A stretch of 47,804 nt of DNA, taken from the IMG/VR virus record IMGVR_UViG_3300030095_001639, positions 1-47,804 of that record; one strand, written 5' to 3'. Both the position numbers and the translations under genes were made by a program. The DNA is from a virus (lineage: Duplodnaviria; Caudoviricetes). Numbering within the stretch: the stretch's first letter is position 1; every line of letters starts with the position of its first letter. This document shows positions 1-9,312 of this stretch, piece after piece. The notes below the pieces were generated by a model. That model was not told the origin of the DNA and did not search any database. It worked only from the letters and a program-made list of their open reading frames with translations.

Positions 1-55
1 TAATTCTGCAAAGTTTTTCATGTTCTTCTATTTTTTGTATTGCGTTTTTTGCCAT
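1..55 (-). CDS. 5' fragment of a small late protein (MAKNAIQKIEEHEKLCRI...), truncated by the window edge
   Basis: ATG at 55 just after the stop of the 1302-aa gene, preceded by GAGG; open to position 1; hand-translated. Confidence 0.6.
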   Translation of the reverse strand, partial: MAKNAIQKIEEHEKLCRI

Positions 56-56
56 G

Positions 57-3000
57 TTATCCTCTGCCAAATAGTAAATCTAATTTCTGTTGTGTTGTCA
101 AGTTATTATAGTTACCGCCCTGTACCTGTGCTGACACAACTTCGTTATTAATAGTAGGTAAGTTAAGTGTTGTAGGACCTAGTGGTGTGTCTTGCATGAT
201 AGGTTGTAATGGGTTTTCAAACACAGGGAACTCTGAAAGTGTTAGACGTACATTGGACATTTGATCTTCTAAAGAGTTTATTGTAAAAAGAGCTCTTTGA
301 AGAGGGTTAGCCATACCTAACTTAGCTGCATTTTCTTCTATTGCATTAGCAACTTCATTAGAAATACTGTAGGGTCTAAAAATATTTTCATCTATAGAAC
401 TAACTTCTACATTAGATATTCTATCTAAAGAATTTTCAAAACCTACTTGAGATATATTTAATAATCTTGCAGCGTCCATGTCACCTTTTAATGTTTTCTT
501 TACATTAAATAATGCACGATTGGCATTTATGTATGCATCAACAATTTCTGTTGGTTCAATAGGTCCACCTTTTAATGCAATTCTAGTAAATAATGATCTA
601 GAATCCCTTACACCTCTTTGAAAGTTTGCAACTTTAAAATTCATTGCTCTGTCAGGATTTACATTAACTGCTCTAAAACCAAACAGTCCACCAAACTCAT
701 CACCAAATTCAAATTCTTGACCATACTTATCAAATTTACCTTTAGTAATTACGTCAACAGATTCTATAGATTGATCTAATCTTTTTAATTGATCTAATGA
801 AAAAGGCATTTGTGCTCTAACTAAATGTGCAAATATTTTACTGTTACGATCACCAGCTGTATCTTGTTCACTGTATATTTGAGCACCTTCTCTAGTTCTA
901 CCACCTCTTGCAATAATATCTAATGCAGCTTCAGTCCAAATAGATTCTGATATAAATGGTTGACCAAATTCTGATGTGGCTGTGAATAGACCTCTTGCAA
1001 AATCATCCATCATACCATCTTCATCTGTTCTGCCGTCTTGCACTGCATTAACAATTGATTGTAATGGTCTAATTAATGTGTCGTATGCATTAGCGTGACT
1101 AAAGTCTATGTATTTAAAACTACCGTCTTCTTGTTTAATAGGTAATAGCGTAGAGTTTTTAGACCACTGTGCTGCAAATCTTCTAATTGCTTCTCTCTCC
1201 TCGTCTGTGACGTCGTACAAGGCCTGGAATGCTGCTGTTGTTGCCATCGGTATAGCTGCGACTGTAGTCGTAAAACCAAATAATCTAGTGTAACCAATAC
1301 CTTCCATAGGTTTAACTTTAGTTACTCCGTCTGCTAAGGTTATTTCTTCATTAATTTCTCTTAGTGCACGTCTGACAATGTTAGTTCCTGTTCTAGCAAT
1401 CTCTGCCGGGAAAGATACGAAGTTACCAATCGGTAGTTTTCTTAAACCTTTTACAAAATCAGAGACATAATCGTAGTTAGGTATATTGTTTCTTACAATA
1501 TCAGCTGCTTCTTGTTTTAAAAAATTTTCATCAAGTCTTACGTCAACACCATTACGTTTAAAAAATTGTCCTCTTGTTACACCAATCTTTTCGTATGCTT
1601 TTTCTAGTCTAGATTTTTCTACAGCCCAAGAATATATTTTCCAAAAGTCATCCTCAGCTGTATATAAATCTTGTGACACAGATTTTAATTTTGATAGTGG
1701 TTTTAATAATAATCTCATGCCTTTGTCAGACGTCATAGTCTCACCAAAGTTTACATCTTGTAGTAGTCTAGATAGATCTCCAAGTCTTACGTTAGAGTTT
1801 ACAACACCAAGCTCTAGTAGTTCTTGATACAAATCATTTTGTTGTCTCGTACCCTTTAGTCCTGTTTGTAATGCTTGGTATGCTTGTTTAATTGCAGCAG
1901 GGTCTGCTGCTGGTAAGATACCGTTTGCTGCAGCAAAAGCTCCAGCACTTACAAAGTTACGTAAGTGTGTGACTGGTGATAAAATTGTTTTAGCTATTTG
2001 TGATGTAGCTTTAGGATACAATACTAAACTTTCATAAAGTCTACCAAGTATACCAGAGCTTTGTGTGGTTAATGATGTGTTTTTTAATGCTTCTGCAACA
2101 CCGGGTCTTGCAAAGAATGGTTGTGCAATATCACCAAATGGATTACTTGCACCTGATGCAATGTTTACATTTAATTTTTGTGCGGGATCTATAACTTCTA
2201 CTCTGACAAAATCATCACCAAAGAATGCTCTCGCTTCTGCTTCCGATCTAGCAAACATAGGTTGAGCCACTGATCTTTTATCTGCTGCATTTCTAAAAAC
2301 TTCTGTAACTTCGTCATTCTTTTTTATAAGATCATCATAAAATAAATTACGTCTTGTAATTAAAGATAGTTTAGCCATACCGCCTATCATAGTTTGCATA
2401 GGATTTTTTTGTTTACCAAACAAATCATCAAATACTTGTCTATCTGCTTCTGATGCTACATCTTTAATTGATATTCTAGCCACCCCACTTCTTTTAACAG
2501 CATCGTCTAACGCTGTTCTGTTTACAAAAAAATCTGGTATATTAAATAATGCATCAGAAGGTTTATCCATTCTTATACCTTTAGGTAAACCAGAAGTTTT
2601 AAGAACATTATTTACAATTTGTTCTGCTTCTAAATCTTCTAATACTTTTCCAGGATTAGCTTCTGCATAACTTCTTTTAAATAAAGTCTTGGCATTTTCA
2701 ATTGCTTGTGCTGCTGGTTTGTATCTAAAGAAAGGTAGTATACTTTTGTCTTGAAATATATCGTAGGTAGAACCAAGATAGTTTTTAAACTTGTTACCAA
2801 ACAATGATTTAAATGCTTGAATATCTGTTGCATCTAATGATCCACCTAGTTTAGAAAATAAATCAGCCCATTTACTTCTCATAACAGAAAGACCGCCAAG
2901 AATAGATTTTTCTAATTCTTGCGCTACATCTGAATTAGGTGCGTATTTTCTTATACTATCAATTACTTTTTGTTTAGCAGCTTGATCTATTTCTCCAAAA

Positions 3001-3965
3001 GTTGCAATACCATCGTCACCAAGTTTTGCCTCTCCTGATAACAACGCATCATTTACTTCACCTAAAAATTCTGATCTTTCTTTTGCAGATTGTTTGTTAA
3101 ATACTGTTCGCATAGGCGGAAATAATTTATCTATATCTACATCAAGATCTCTTGATAAGTTTCTTGCTACGTTTGCATCTGCTGCTTGTGCACCAATCGT
3201 GCCTCTTTCTATCTCAAAAAATTCTTTAGTTTTACCGCTACGTGCTCTAAATTTTGAAGCAACAGTATCAATCCATCTGTCTAATTTTGAGTTAGCAACG
3301 TCTAGTCCCTTGTTCCTGTTTGTTATTTTTTTAATAACTGCACCTGTACCACCAAGAATACCTGTAAATAATGCACCTTCTGTACCAAACTTAATTCTAT
3401 TTAATATTTCTCTTGTAGCATCTGGATCTGTTTCACTTCTATCTATTGCTGTAGGTCCCCCTATAAGGTCACCAAACGTACCAATAGCTTCTGCATCACC
3501 GACGAACACACCCTCAGCTGCACCACCGCCTAATGCACCTGCAACAAACTGTCTGCCTTTGCCTGCAGCTGTAAGTTCTAATGCTTCATCTGCTGCACCT
3601 ACTAAACTTTTATTATTTAATTTTACATACTTGTTATTTCTAGCTGCAATCATAGCAGCTTTTGATAGACCTGCTGCACTTTTAAATGCAATACCACCAG
3701 GAACACCTATGTTTACTAATGCTTCTGTAATTTTACCAGCAGCTGTTGCTTCTGCTTTTTCGTCAAACTCTGTAAGGTCGTCAAAGAATGCTTCTACTCG
3801 TGCAGCTTTACCGCTGTTAACACCAAGATCCATAAGACTTGCACCTAAAGAAAAGAAACCTTTTGGTATAGCAATCAGACCAGACGCTACACCTGATAGC
3901 ATAGATTCTATTGTGCCAACTTTATTATCTTTTGTGTATGAGGTTGTATCAAAAATGTTAGCCAT
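57..3965 (-). CDS. Large internal virion / DNA-ejection protein (putative)
   Basis: 1302 aa, Ala/Gly-rich amphipathic N-terminus, GGAGG RBS, last of a run of large genes after the tail module, where podoviruses place ejection proteins; function inferred from position. Confidence 0.6.
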   Translation of the reverse strand: MANIFDTTSYTKDNKVGTIESMLSGVASGLIAIPKGFFSLGASLMDLGVNSGKAARVEAFFDDLTEFDEKAEATAAGKITEALVNIGVPGGIAFKSAAGLSKAAMIAARNNKYVKLNNKSLVGAADEALELTAAGKGRQFVAGALGGGAAEGVFVGDAEAIGTFGDLIGGPTAIDRSETDPDATREILNRIKFGTEGALFTGILGGTGAVIKKITNRNKGLDVANSKLDRWIDTVASKFRARSGKTKEFFEIERGTIGAQAADANVARNLSRDLDVDIDKLFPPMRTVFNKQSAKERSEFLGEVNDALLSGEAKLGDDGIATFGEIDQAAKQKVIDSIRKYAPNSDVAQELEKSILGGLSVMRSKWADLFSKLGGSLDATDIQAFKSLFGNKFKNYLGSTYDIFQDKSILPFFRYKPAAQAIENAKTLFKRSYAEANPGKVLEDLEAEQIVNNVLKTSGLPKGIRMDKPSDALFNIPDFFVNRTALDDAVKRSGVARISIKDVASEADRQVFDDLFGKQKNPMQTMIGGMAKLSLITRRNLFYDDLIKKNDEVTEVFRNAADKRSVAQPMFARSEAEARAFFGDDFVRVEVIDPAQKLNVNIASGASNPFGDIAQPFFARPGVAEALKNTSLTTQSSGILGRLYESLVLYPKATSQIAKTILSPVTHLRNFVSAGAFAAANGILPAADPAAIKQAYQALQTGLKGTRQQNDLYQELLELGVVNSNVRLGDLSRLLQDVNFGETMTSDKGMRLLLKPLSKLKSVSQDLYTAEDDFWKIYSWAVEKSRLEKAYEKIGVTRGQFFKRNGVDVRLDENFLKQEAADIVRNNIPNYDYVSDFVKGLRKLPIGNFVSFPAEIARTGTNIVRRALREINEEITLADGVTKVKPMEGIGYTRLFGFTTTVAAIPMATTAAFQALYDVTDEEREAIRRFAAQWSKNSTLLPIKQEDGSFKYIDFSHANAYDTLIRPLQSIVNAVQDGRTDEDGMMDDFARGLFTATSEFGQPFISESIWTEAALDIIARGGRTREGAQIYSEQDTAGDRNSKIFAHLVRAQMPFSLDQLKRLDQSIESVDVITKGKFDKYGQEFEFGDEFGGLFGFRAVNVNPDRAMNFKVANFQRGVRDSRSLFTRIALKGGPIEPTEIVDAYINANRALFNVKKTLKGDMDAARLLNISQVGFENSLDRISNVEVSSIDENIFRPYSISNEVANAIEENAAKLGMANPLQRALFTINSLEDQMSNVRLTLSEFPVFENPLQPIMQDTPLGPTTLNLPTINNEVVSAQVQGGNYNNLTTQQKLDLLFGRG

Positions 3966-3973
3966 TTACCCTC

Positions 3974-5287
3974 CTATAAAATAGGGCTTACTTTACCCTG
4001 TTCGTCGACAATAAGTACTCTATCACTTATAACATAATAACCAGGAGCTACTGGTGTGCCTGCTGTTTTAGCTTCATTGACTTGTGACTCAAAGAATGTT
4101 TGTGCATCTACATCAGACGGTATTTTAGACGAATCAATTGTTGTAACGTCAACCCCCTCTGTTGCACGAAGAATACCAGCTAACTCATTACCTCTTGGTA
4201 CCTTACCTTTCTTATATCTTTCAGTAATGATGTCAGTAAAACTATCACCCGCCAATGTTTTATTAGCGATTTCTATTTGTTTTTCAGTTAATAAAGCTTT
4301 TTGTTTGGCTGTTGGATCAGAGGCTTTAATATCTTTTTCAATCTCACCTTTAAGTATAAGAGTGTCGATAGCATCTTTAGTTGCTTTTGGTTTATCAAAT
4401 GCTTTACTAGCGCCTTGTATAATTTGATTAATTAATCTACCAGATTTAAGATCACCTTTAAAATCACCAGACTCATTAATTAATCTACTTGCTTCTATTA
4501 AAGAATTGTACGCAGCATCTTTGTTCATACCTTTAATGTCCATGATGTCTCTGTACCTATCAATTTTTCTTTGACGAAGTTGTTTGTCAGTTAATTCTAC
4601 GCCGCTACCTTTTTTAGGAGCATCATAAACAGCTTCTTTACTACCTAATCTAGTTTCTCCACCACCTGGAGGTCCTACTTGTTTTATTTTTTTAATATCA
4701 TTTGGATCTTTAATTTCTTCGCCACTAGATAAAAAATATTTACCAGCTTGGTATGTAACAGGTAATCCTAAAAATGCTAATCCAGATGGAGTTGTAGTTG
4801 CATACTTACCAACATTATAAATACCTTTACCACCAGCTTTAATTCCTCTACCAAGCATAGATGTGCCACCCATTACTGTTTTAGCTAATGGATCATTTAT
4901 AAAAGCTTTTCCAAATTTGTTTGGTTCAAAAACTTCACCTCTTTTAAAAAGAGTTTTCCCTCTTTCAAAACCACCTGGTCCTGAACTCATACTACTAGGT
5001 CTATATTTTACTCTGCTTGCATAAGGAATTGCTCTTTTCATTACAAACTGACCAAAAGGTCTAGCTGCCATTCTTAATCCTTGTCCTATTATAAAAGGAA
5101 GCACGTGATTTGTTCTACCATCAGGTCCTTTGGGATAAATTGGGTTACCTACAAGCGCTGCTCTTTTTGGTCCCTCATCATTAGCCAGCATAGAACCGCC
5201 ATTCTTTTTAGGTTCCCTGATCCCCGACATAACACCCTCTTTGATAGGGCCGCCCATTCTAAACATTGGTCTATTTAATGGTCTCAT
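3974..5287 (-). CDS. Putative internal virion protein
   Basis: 437 aa in the ejection cluster; N-terminal MFRMGGPI and KKNGGSM motifs. Confidence 0.5.
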   Translation of the reverse strand: MRPLNRPMFRMGGPIKEGVMSGIREPKKNGGSMLANDEGPKRAALVGNPIYPKGPDGRTNHVLPFIIGQGLRMAARPFGQFVMKRAIPYASRVKYRPSSMSSGPGGFERGKTLFKRGEVFEPNKFGKAFINDPLAKTVMGGTSMLGRGIKAGGKGIYNVGKYATTTPSGLAFLGLPVTYQAGKYFLSSGEEIKDPNDIKKIKQVGPPGGGETRLGSKEAVYDAPKKGSGVELTDKQLRQRKIDRYRDIMDIKGMNKDAAYNSLIEASRLINESGDFKGDLKSGRLINQIIQGASKAFDKPKATKDAIDTLILKGEIEKDIKASDPTAKQKALLTEKQIEIANKTLAGDSFTDIITERYKKGKVPRGNELAGILRATEGVDVTTIDSSKIPSDVDAQTFFESQVNEAKTAGTPVAPGYYVISDRVLIVDEQGKVSPIL

Positions 5288-5289
5288 AA

Positions 5290-6189
5290 TTAATCAAATA
5301 TTTTTCCGTACAATCCACCTATTCCAAGAGCTGTGCTTAATGCAGATTGGAACGGATTAGTTTGTGGAGAATCTTGGTATTGTTGACCGACACCTCCACC
5401 AAATTGTGATAAAATATTCCCGTATTGTGTTAATCTTCCATATGGTTCCATAGCTGCAGTTCTAAGTTGTTGTTGATCAGCAGATAACTGAGCTTGTGTC
5501 ATTCCACCTCTAAGAGCACCAAGAGAACCTAGTGCAGAAATATCTTGACCCATACCTTGTCTAGCAAAATTAGATAGACCCATTTGATTAGCGCCTTGTT
5601 GTGTGTATGCATTAGCTAATCCTAATTGATCTTGTCCAATTGCTCTTTGGTTTTGAAACGCTTGTTGTGCAGCATTCTGTGCTTGCATAAAATTTTGTTG
5701 TAGTAGACCAGCCGTGATCCCCGCTCTTCCTGCAAGTGATTCAGCATCGTACTGACCTAACATAGCACCCTCTCTACCACCACCGAAGTTACCCGATGAG
5801 ACTGCAGCGTCTTGTATAGATCTTCTGTCCCCGATTCTTGATTGATCGAACTGTCTTAAAGTTTCGTCAATAACCTGTGTTTGATAAGGTGACATAAAAG
5901 GTTGATATGCCTGAGCCCCGGTCAATGCTCCTAGACCACCTGCTGTTTGTGCAGCTCCGCCAACTTGATTTGCAGAGGCTGCTTGTGCAGCTTGCGCTGC
6001 TGTTAAAAATGGTGCGTAGGATCCAACACCTTGTGTTGCTAATCCTATTGCTTGTGTTTGTAACGGATCTTCACCAGCAACAAATTGTCTACCAGTAAAT
6101 TTGTCTGTTTGAAGCGGCGCTTGAAAAGCAGCTGTGGCTTGTGTGGTATAATCTTTTACTACGTCTTCTAAATAATCTGGTACTGCCAT
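5290..6189 (-). CDS. Putative ejection (DNA transfer/pilot) protein
   Basis: 299 aa, Gln/Ala/Gly-rich, YQPFMSPYQTQVID and GNFGGGRE motifs, hydrophobic Gly-rich C-terminus, as recalled for podovirus ejection proteins. Confidence 0.55.
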   Translation of the reverse strand: MAVPDYLEDVVKDYTTQATAAFQAPLQTDKFTGRQFVAGEDPLQTQAIGLATQGVGSYAPFLTAAQAAQAASANQVGGAAQTAGGLGALTGAQAYQPFMSPYQTQVIDETLRQFDQSRIGDRRSIQDAAVSSGNFGGGREGAMLGQYDAESLAGRAGITAGLLQQNFMQAQNAAQQAFQNQRAIGQDQLGLANAYTQQGANQMGLSNFARQGMGQDISALGSLGALRGGMTQAQLSADQQQLRTAAMEPYGRLTQYGNILSQFGGGVGQQYQDSPQTNPFQSALSTALGIGGLYGKIFD

Positions 6190-7664
6190 TATATTACCCT
6201 CGATTGTAACATTTGTTGTTGTTCATACATTCTTTGTGCCCCTTCTAGGCCTTGTGAATCTTCAGAAACTTCTCCACCTTCTTCTAAATTTTTCATTAAA
6301 TTTTCCATAACTTCTGCGCCTTTGTCTATGTCTCCGCCTCCAGCGTTTCTAACAGCATCTGCTGTAAATACAAATTCATTTTTAGATAATCTTGCTGGCA
6401 CGTCATCTGCTCTTTCTTTGCCGCCAATTGCTACAAAACCACCTTCGTTTCTATAATCTTTTTCCATGCCACCCATGTCAATAAGTTCTTCTGCTTCCTC
6501 TGTATTCATAATACCACCATCCTGAGCCATGGCTCTTGGTTGTTCCATACCCGCACCTTCTGGTGCAGCTTGTTGCATTACTGCTTTTACAAATTGTTCA
6601 AAAGACATGTCACCACCTTTGTTCTTATATTTTACATACTCCATCATGAGCACTTGTTGGGCTTGTTGATTTCCTGCATCACCACCCATGTTTAAAAAAG
6701 TTTTAGGCATTTTTCTGTACATGCCAAAAGAACTTACATCTTCTTCGTCCTCTTCATCTATCACTGATTTACCCTTAGCATAACCTGCACGACCACCGTC
6801 AGCTGCTACAAAAGGGTCTAACTCTAAAGCCCTTATAAGATCTTCACCGTATCCACCTTCTTCGACTTCATCTGGATCATACCCAGCGTCTTTTAATTTT
6901 TTTAATTGCATTAAATTAAACTTACCTTGTCCTTCAGTTGGTAATGTAAGTGCATCTGCTACAAGAGTTGGTTCGTTAATAGATGGTGTAAAAATTGGTG
7001 TGTCTCCTTTATCACCAGTAAATGGATTATCATTTCTAATATTTCCTTTTACGTCTGTGCCTGGAGATATATCTTCTCCAGAAGCTAGTGCACCTTTAAA
7101 AAAACCAACACGATTATTCAAATTAGCTAAGCCACCTTCTGCAGCATAAAAATTAGGACTAACAAATCTTTTGTCAGGCATAAAAAATAAACCTGATTCT
7201 TCTGGTGTTTGATTTTGTCTATAAAAATCTACAGCTCTTTGTCTAACTGCTACAGGATCTAACATATCGACTTCTTCTACTTCTTCTTCACCACCCATAA
7301 AAAACGGCAGTGCTGATGCTGCAAGTCCAGCTGTAAGAAAAGATCTTTTAGGTGAAAATGCACCTTTAGTTCCAAACAAACCTTGACCGGCTAAACCTTT
7401 TCCATCTTTAAGACCAAAAGCTAATCTACCTGCACCACTCAAAATATTTTGTAGTCCAAAATTAGATCGACCTGCCGCCAGTTGTTTTAAAAAACCGCCT
7501 TTTCCTGCTGCACCCAAAGCACCTAGACCATAGGCACCTGCAGCAAACAAAGCAGCCTTACCTATTGGACTTTTAGCAATTTTTTTAATACCTCTAGTTG
7601 CCTTTTTTACAAGGCTTCCTAGTCCGTATAATTGTCTGGGTTCTTGCATTCGAGATATTGCCAT
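6189..7664 (-). CDS. Virion protein with multiple xxGG motifs and a C-terminal tape-measure-type 'DDVPARLSKNEFV' domain
   Basis: 491 aa; GGFV..GGKERADDVPARLSKNEFVFTADAV resembles the GG..G...SDSIPA.LS.GE[FY]V motif of tape-measure proteins. Confidence 0.55.
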   Translation of the reverse strand: MAISRMQEPRQLYGLGSLVKKATRGIKKIAKSPIGKAALFAAGAYGLGALGAAGKGGFLKQLAAGRSNFGLQNILSGAGRLAFGLKDGKGLAGQGLFGTKGAFSPKRSFLTAGLAASALPFFMGGEEEVEEVDMLDPVAVRQRAVDFYRQNQTPEESGLFFMPDKRFVSPNFYAAEGGLANLNNRVGFFKGALASGEDISPGTDVKGNIRNDNPFTGDKGDTPIFTPSINEPTLVADALTLPTEGQGKFNLMQLKKLKDAGYDPDEVEEGGYGEDLIRALELDPFVAADGGRAGYAKGKSVIDEEDEEDVSSFGMYRKMPKTFLNMGGDAGNQQAQQVLMMEYVKYKNKGGDMSFEQFVKAVMQQAAPEGAGMEQPRAMAQDGGIMNTEEAEELIDMGGMEKDYRNEGGFVAIGGKERADDVPARLSKNEFVFTADAVRNAGGGDIDKGAEVMENLMKNLEEGGEVSEDSQGLEGAQRMYEQQQMLQSRVI

Positions 7665-7686
7665 ATTTTTACCTTAATTCTTCGTT

Positions 7687-7857
7687 TTACTTTGTTTTAC
7701 TCAGTAAATCAAGAGGCGGCATTAAGACTGTTACGTCTTGAGCCATTTCTTCGTCCTTAAAACCTCTCTTTTCCCAGTCTTTTCTTTCCTTAAAAATCTG
7801 TCCAGTTTTTTTGTGTCTATATGTTGTTTCTACTTTTGCTGGTTCTAGTGTTTTCAT
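7687..7857 (-). CDS. Small hypothetical protein, 56 aa (MKTLEPAKVETTYRHKKTG...)
   Basis: Hand-translated, below the ORF-track cutoff; TAATG overlap with the upstream stop. Confidence 0.7.
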   Translation of the reverse strand: MKTLEPAKVETTYRHKKTGQIFKERKDWEKRGFKDEEMAQDVTVLMPPLDLLSKTK

Positions 7858-8216
7858 TAGTCTATGCTATCCTTTTTTATATTAAGATAACTAATAGCAA
7901 CATCAAATGAGTCTGTTGTGCTAGAAGTTACTGTTAGTGTTGTGTTTCCCTCTACTACCAACGGTTGGGTCAGTAATTCTTGTGTAACATTAGCTGTTAA
8001 AGCTGCTGTTTTAATAGTTGTTATTGAGTTATTTATTACGGTCACCGTGGGAGTGCCTGCAGATGTAACCTGTATTGACTTTACTATGTATGTTTCGCTT
8101 ACTAATGGGTTTTGTTTAGATACTCCAGCTACAGTTGTAGTGCCAAACATAGTCTGAGCAGAACTTGACGTTACATTATCTACACCAAAAAATTTAAATT
8201 GATTTACTACAGCCAT
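7857..8216 (-). CDS. Small beta-rich virion protein (putative)
   Basis: 119 aa, Thr/Val/Ser-rich, translationally coupled within the tail module. Confidence 0.55.
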   Translation of the reverse strand: MAVVNQFKFFGVDNVTSSSAQTMFGTTTVAGVSKQNPLVSETYIVKSIQVTSAGTPTVTVINNSITTIKTAALTANVTQELLTQPLVVEGNTTLTVTSSTTDSFDVAISYLNIKKDSID

Positions 8217-8383
8217 TATCCCTCCAAGAAGAAGAGTTTAGCTTCTATCTCTTGTTTTACCTCATCTTGAAATGAGGTGTTTAATTTTGTAATTACAGAA
8301 TCTAAATCCCTAACCAATGACTGTAGGTTAGTTTGATTGTATTCTGGTTCTGCTCTAGTTAATGATTCTACTATTTTTGCCAT
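8216..8383 (-). CDS. Small hypothetical protein, 55 aa (MAKIVESLTRAEPEYNQTNLQSLVRDLD...)
   Basis: Hand-translated; fills the gap exactly with TAATG overlaps at both ends. Confidence 0.75.
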   Translation of the reverse strand: MAKIVESLTRAEPEYNQTNLQSLVRDLDSVITKLNTSFQDEVKQEIEAKLFFLEG

Positions 8384-9312
8384 TATAATAAACTTGCTAG
8401 TCCCCCTCTTTTAAAACCATAATCACTCGCATAACCATAGTCCGCTTCTTGTTGAGTTGTTGGGCCTGAGTCTCCTTTAAATTGATTGCCACCAATCTGA
8501 TCAGGAACTCCAGAACCTCCTCCACCTATATATTTTTTACCACCTTTATTATCCTGTGATGATGTATCTATAAACCCATCGTTTGAATCCCCAGGAGTAT
8601 TTGCCTGTATTATTTCAAGCTCTGCAGCCTTAGCTGCGTTTAAATCTTGTAATCTTTTTATTAGACTAGTGTCAAAGTTATCGTCTTCTTCATCATATGT
8701 TCCTGCATAGATAGCATTTATGGCATCTTGATCTAATCCATATTTATCACCCGTTAAAGTTTTTTCTATTCTATCCATTCTTTTTTGATAAGCATTTTGT
8801 AGACCATAAGTTGGTGGTTCACCAAACTTACCGCCCGTTAATGTATACAAACCACCACCCGATACAGGATTGTAATCTTTCATTAATCCACTTGATACTC
8901 TACCTATATCATCAACTCCATAAAATTCTCTAAGGGCTGATTGACGTGGATCCATTTTTGGTACTAAACTTCCAATACCTCTTAAAAGAGAACCAGAAAG
9001 AGATTTTTCTCCAAACGGAAGAAACTCTAATATATTAAATTTATTTTTTGCATCAGGTGCATCTATAAACCCATCGTTTGAATCCCCATAATTACCTTGA
9101 AAAGTAGGTTCTAATTCTGCTTCTCCTGGATTTGAAAAAACAGGTTCGTTGTTTTGATTTTTTGTAGACATTATGTAGTTGGTCAAATCAAAATTAGGTT
9201 CATTTGCAGCTAACATAGCTCTAGCTTCGTCCGGGTTTTTTAATCTTATTTGACCTTCTTCATCTATAAACATAGTTCTTGGATTAAATCCAAAATCATA
9301 TAAACTAGCCAT
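8383..9312 (-). CDS. Acidic hypothetical virion-associated protein ending in FKRGGLASLL
   Basis: 309-aa ORF coupled to both neighbours; internal GDSNDGFID duplication. Confidence 0.6.
   Translation of the reverse strand: MASLYDFGFNPRTMFIDEEGQIRLKNPDEARAMLAANEPNFDLTNYIMSTKNQNNEPVFSNPGEAELEPTFQGNYGDSNDGFIDAPDAKNKFNILEFLPFGEKSLSGSLLRGIGSLVPKMDPRQSALREFYGVDDIGRVSSGLMKDYNPVSGGGLYTLTGGKFGEPPTYGLQNAYQKRMDRIEKTLTGDKYGLDQDAINAIYAGTYDEEDDNFDTSLIKRLQDLNAAKAAELEIIQANTPGDSNDGFIDTSSQDNKGGKKYIGGGGSGVPDQIGGNQFKGDSGPTTQQEADYGYASDYGFKRGGLASLL
8566..9088. repeat. Exact 28-bp direct repeat (8566-8593 and 9061-9088)
   Basis: atctataaacccatcgtttgaatcccca occurs at both positions. Confidence 0.9.

Noticed and set aside
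3094-3984. 296-aa plus-strand ORF, and the many other plus-strand ORFs across 1-39600
   Set aside because: Antisense shadows of well-supported minus-strand genes; no RBS or recognisable motifs
8566-9088. 28-bp repeat as a DGR template/variable pair or att site
   Set aside because: Copies are identical with no adenine-specific differences, and no reverse transcriptase or integrase is in the window
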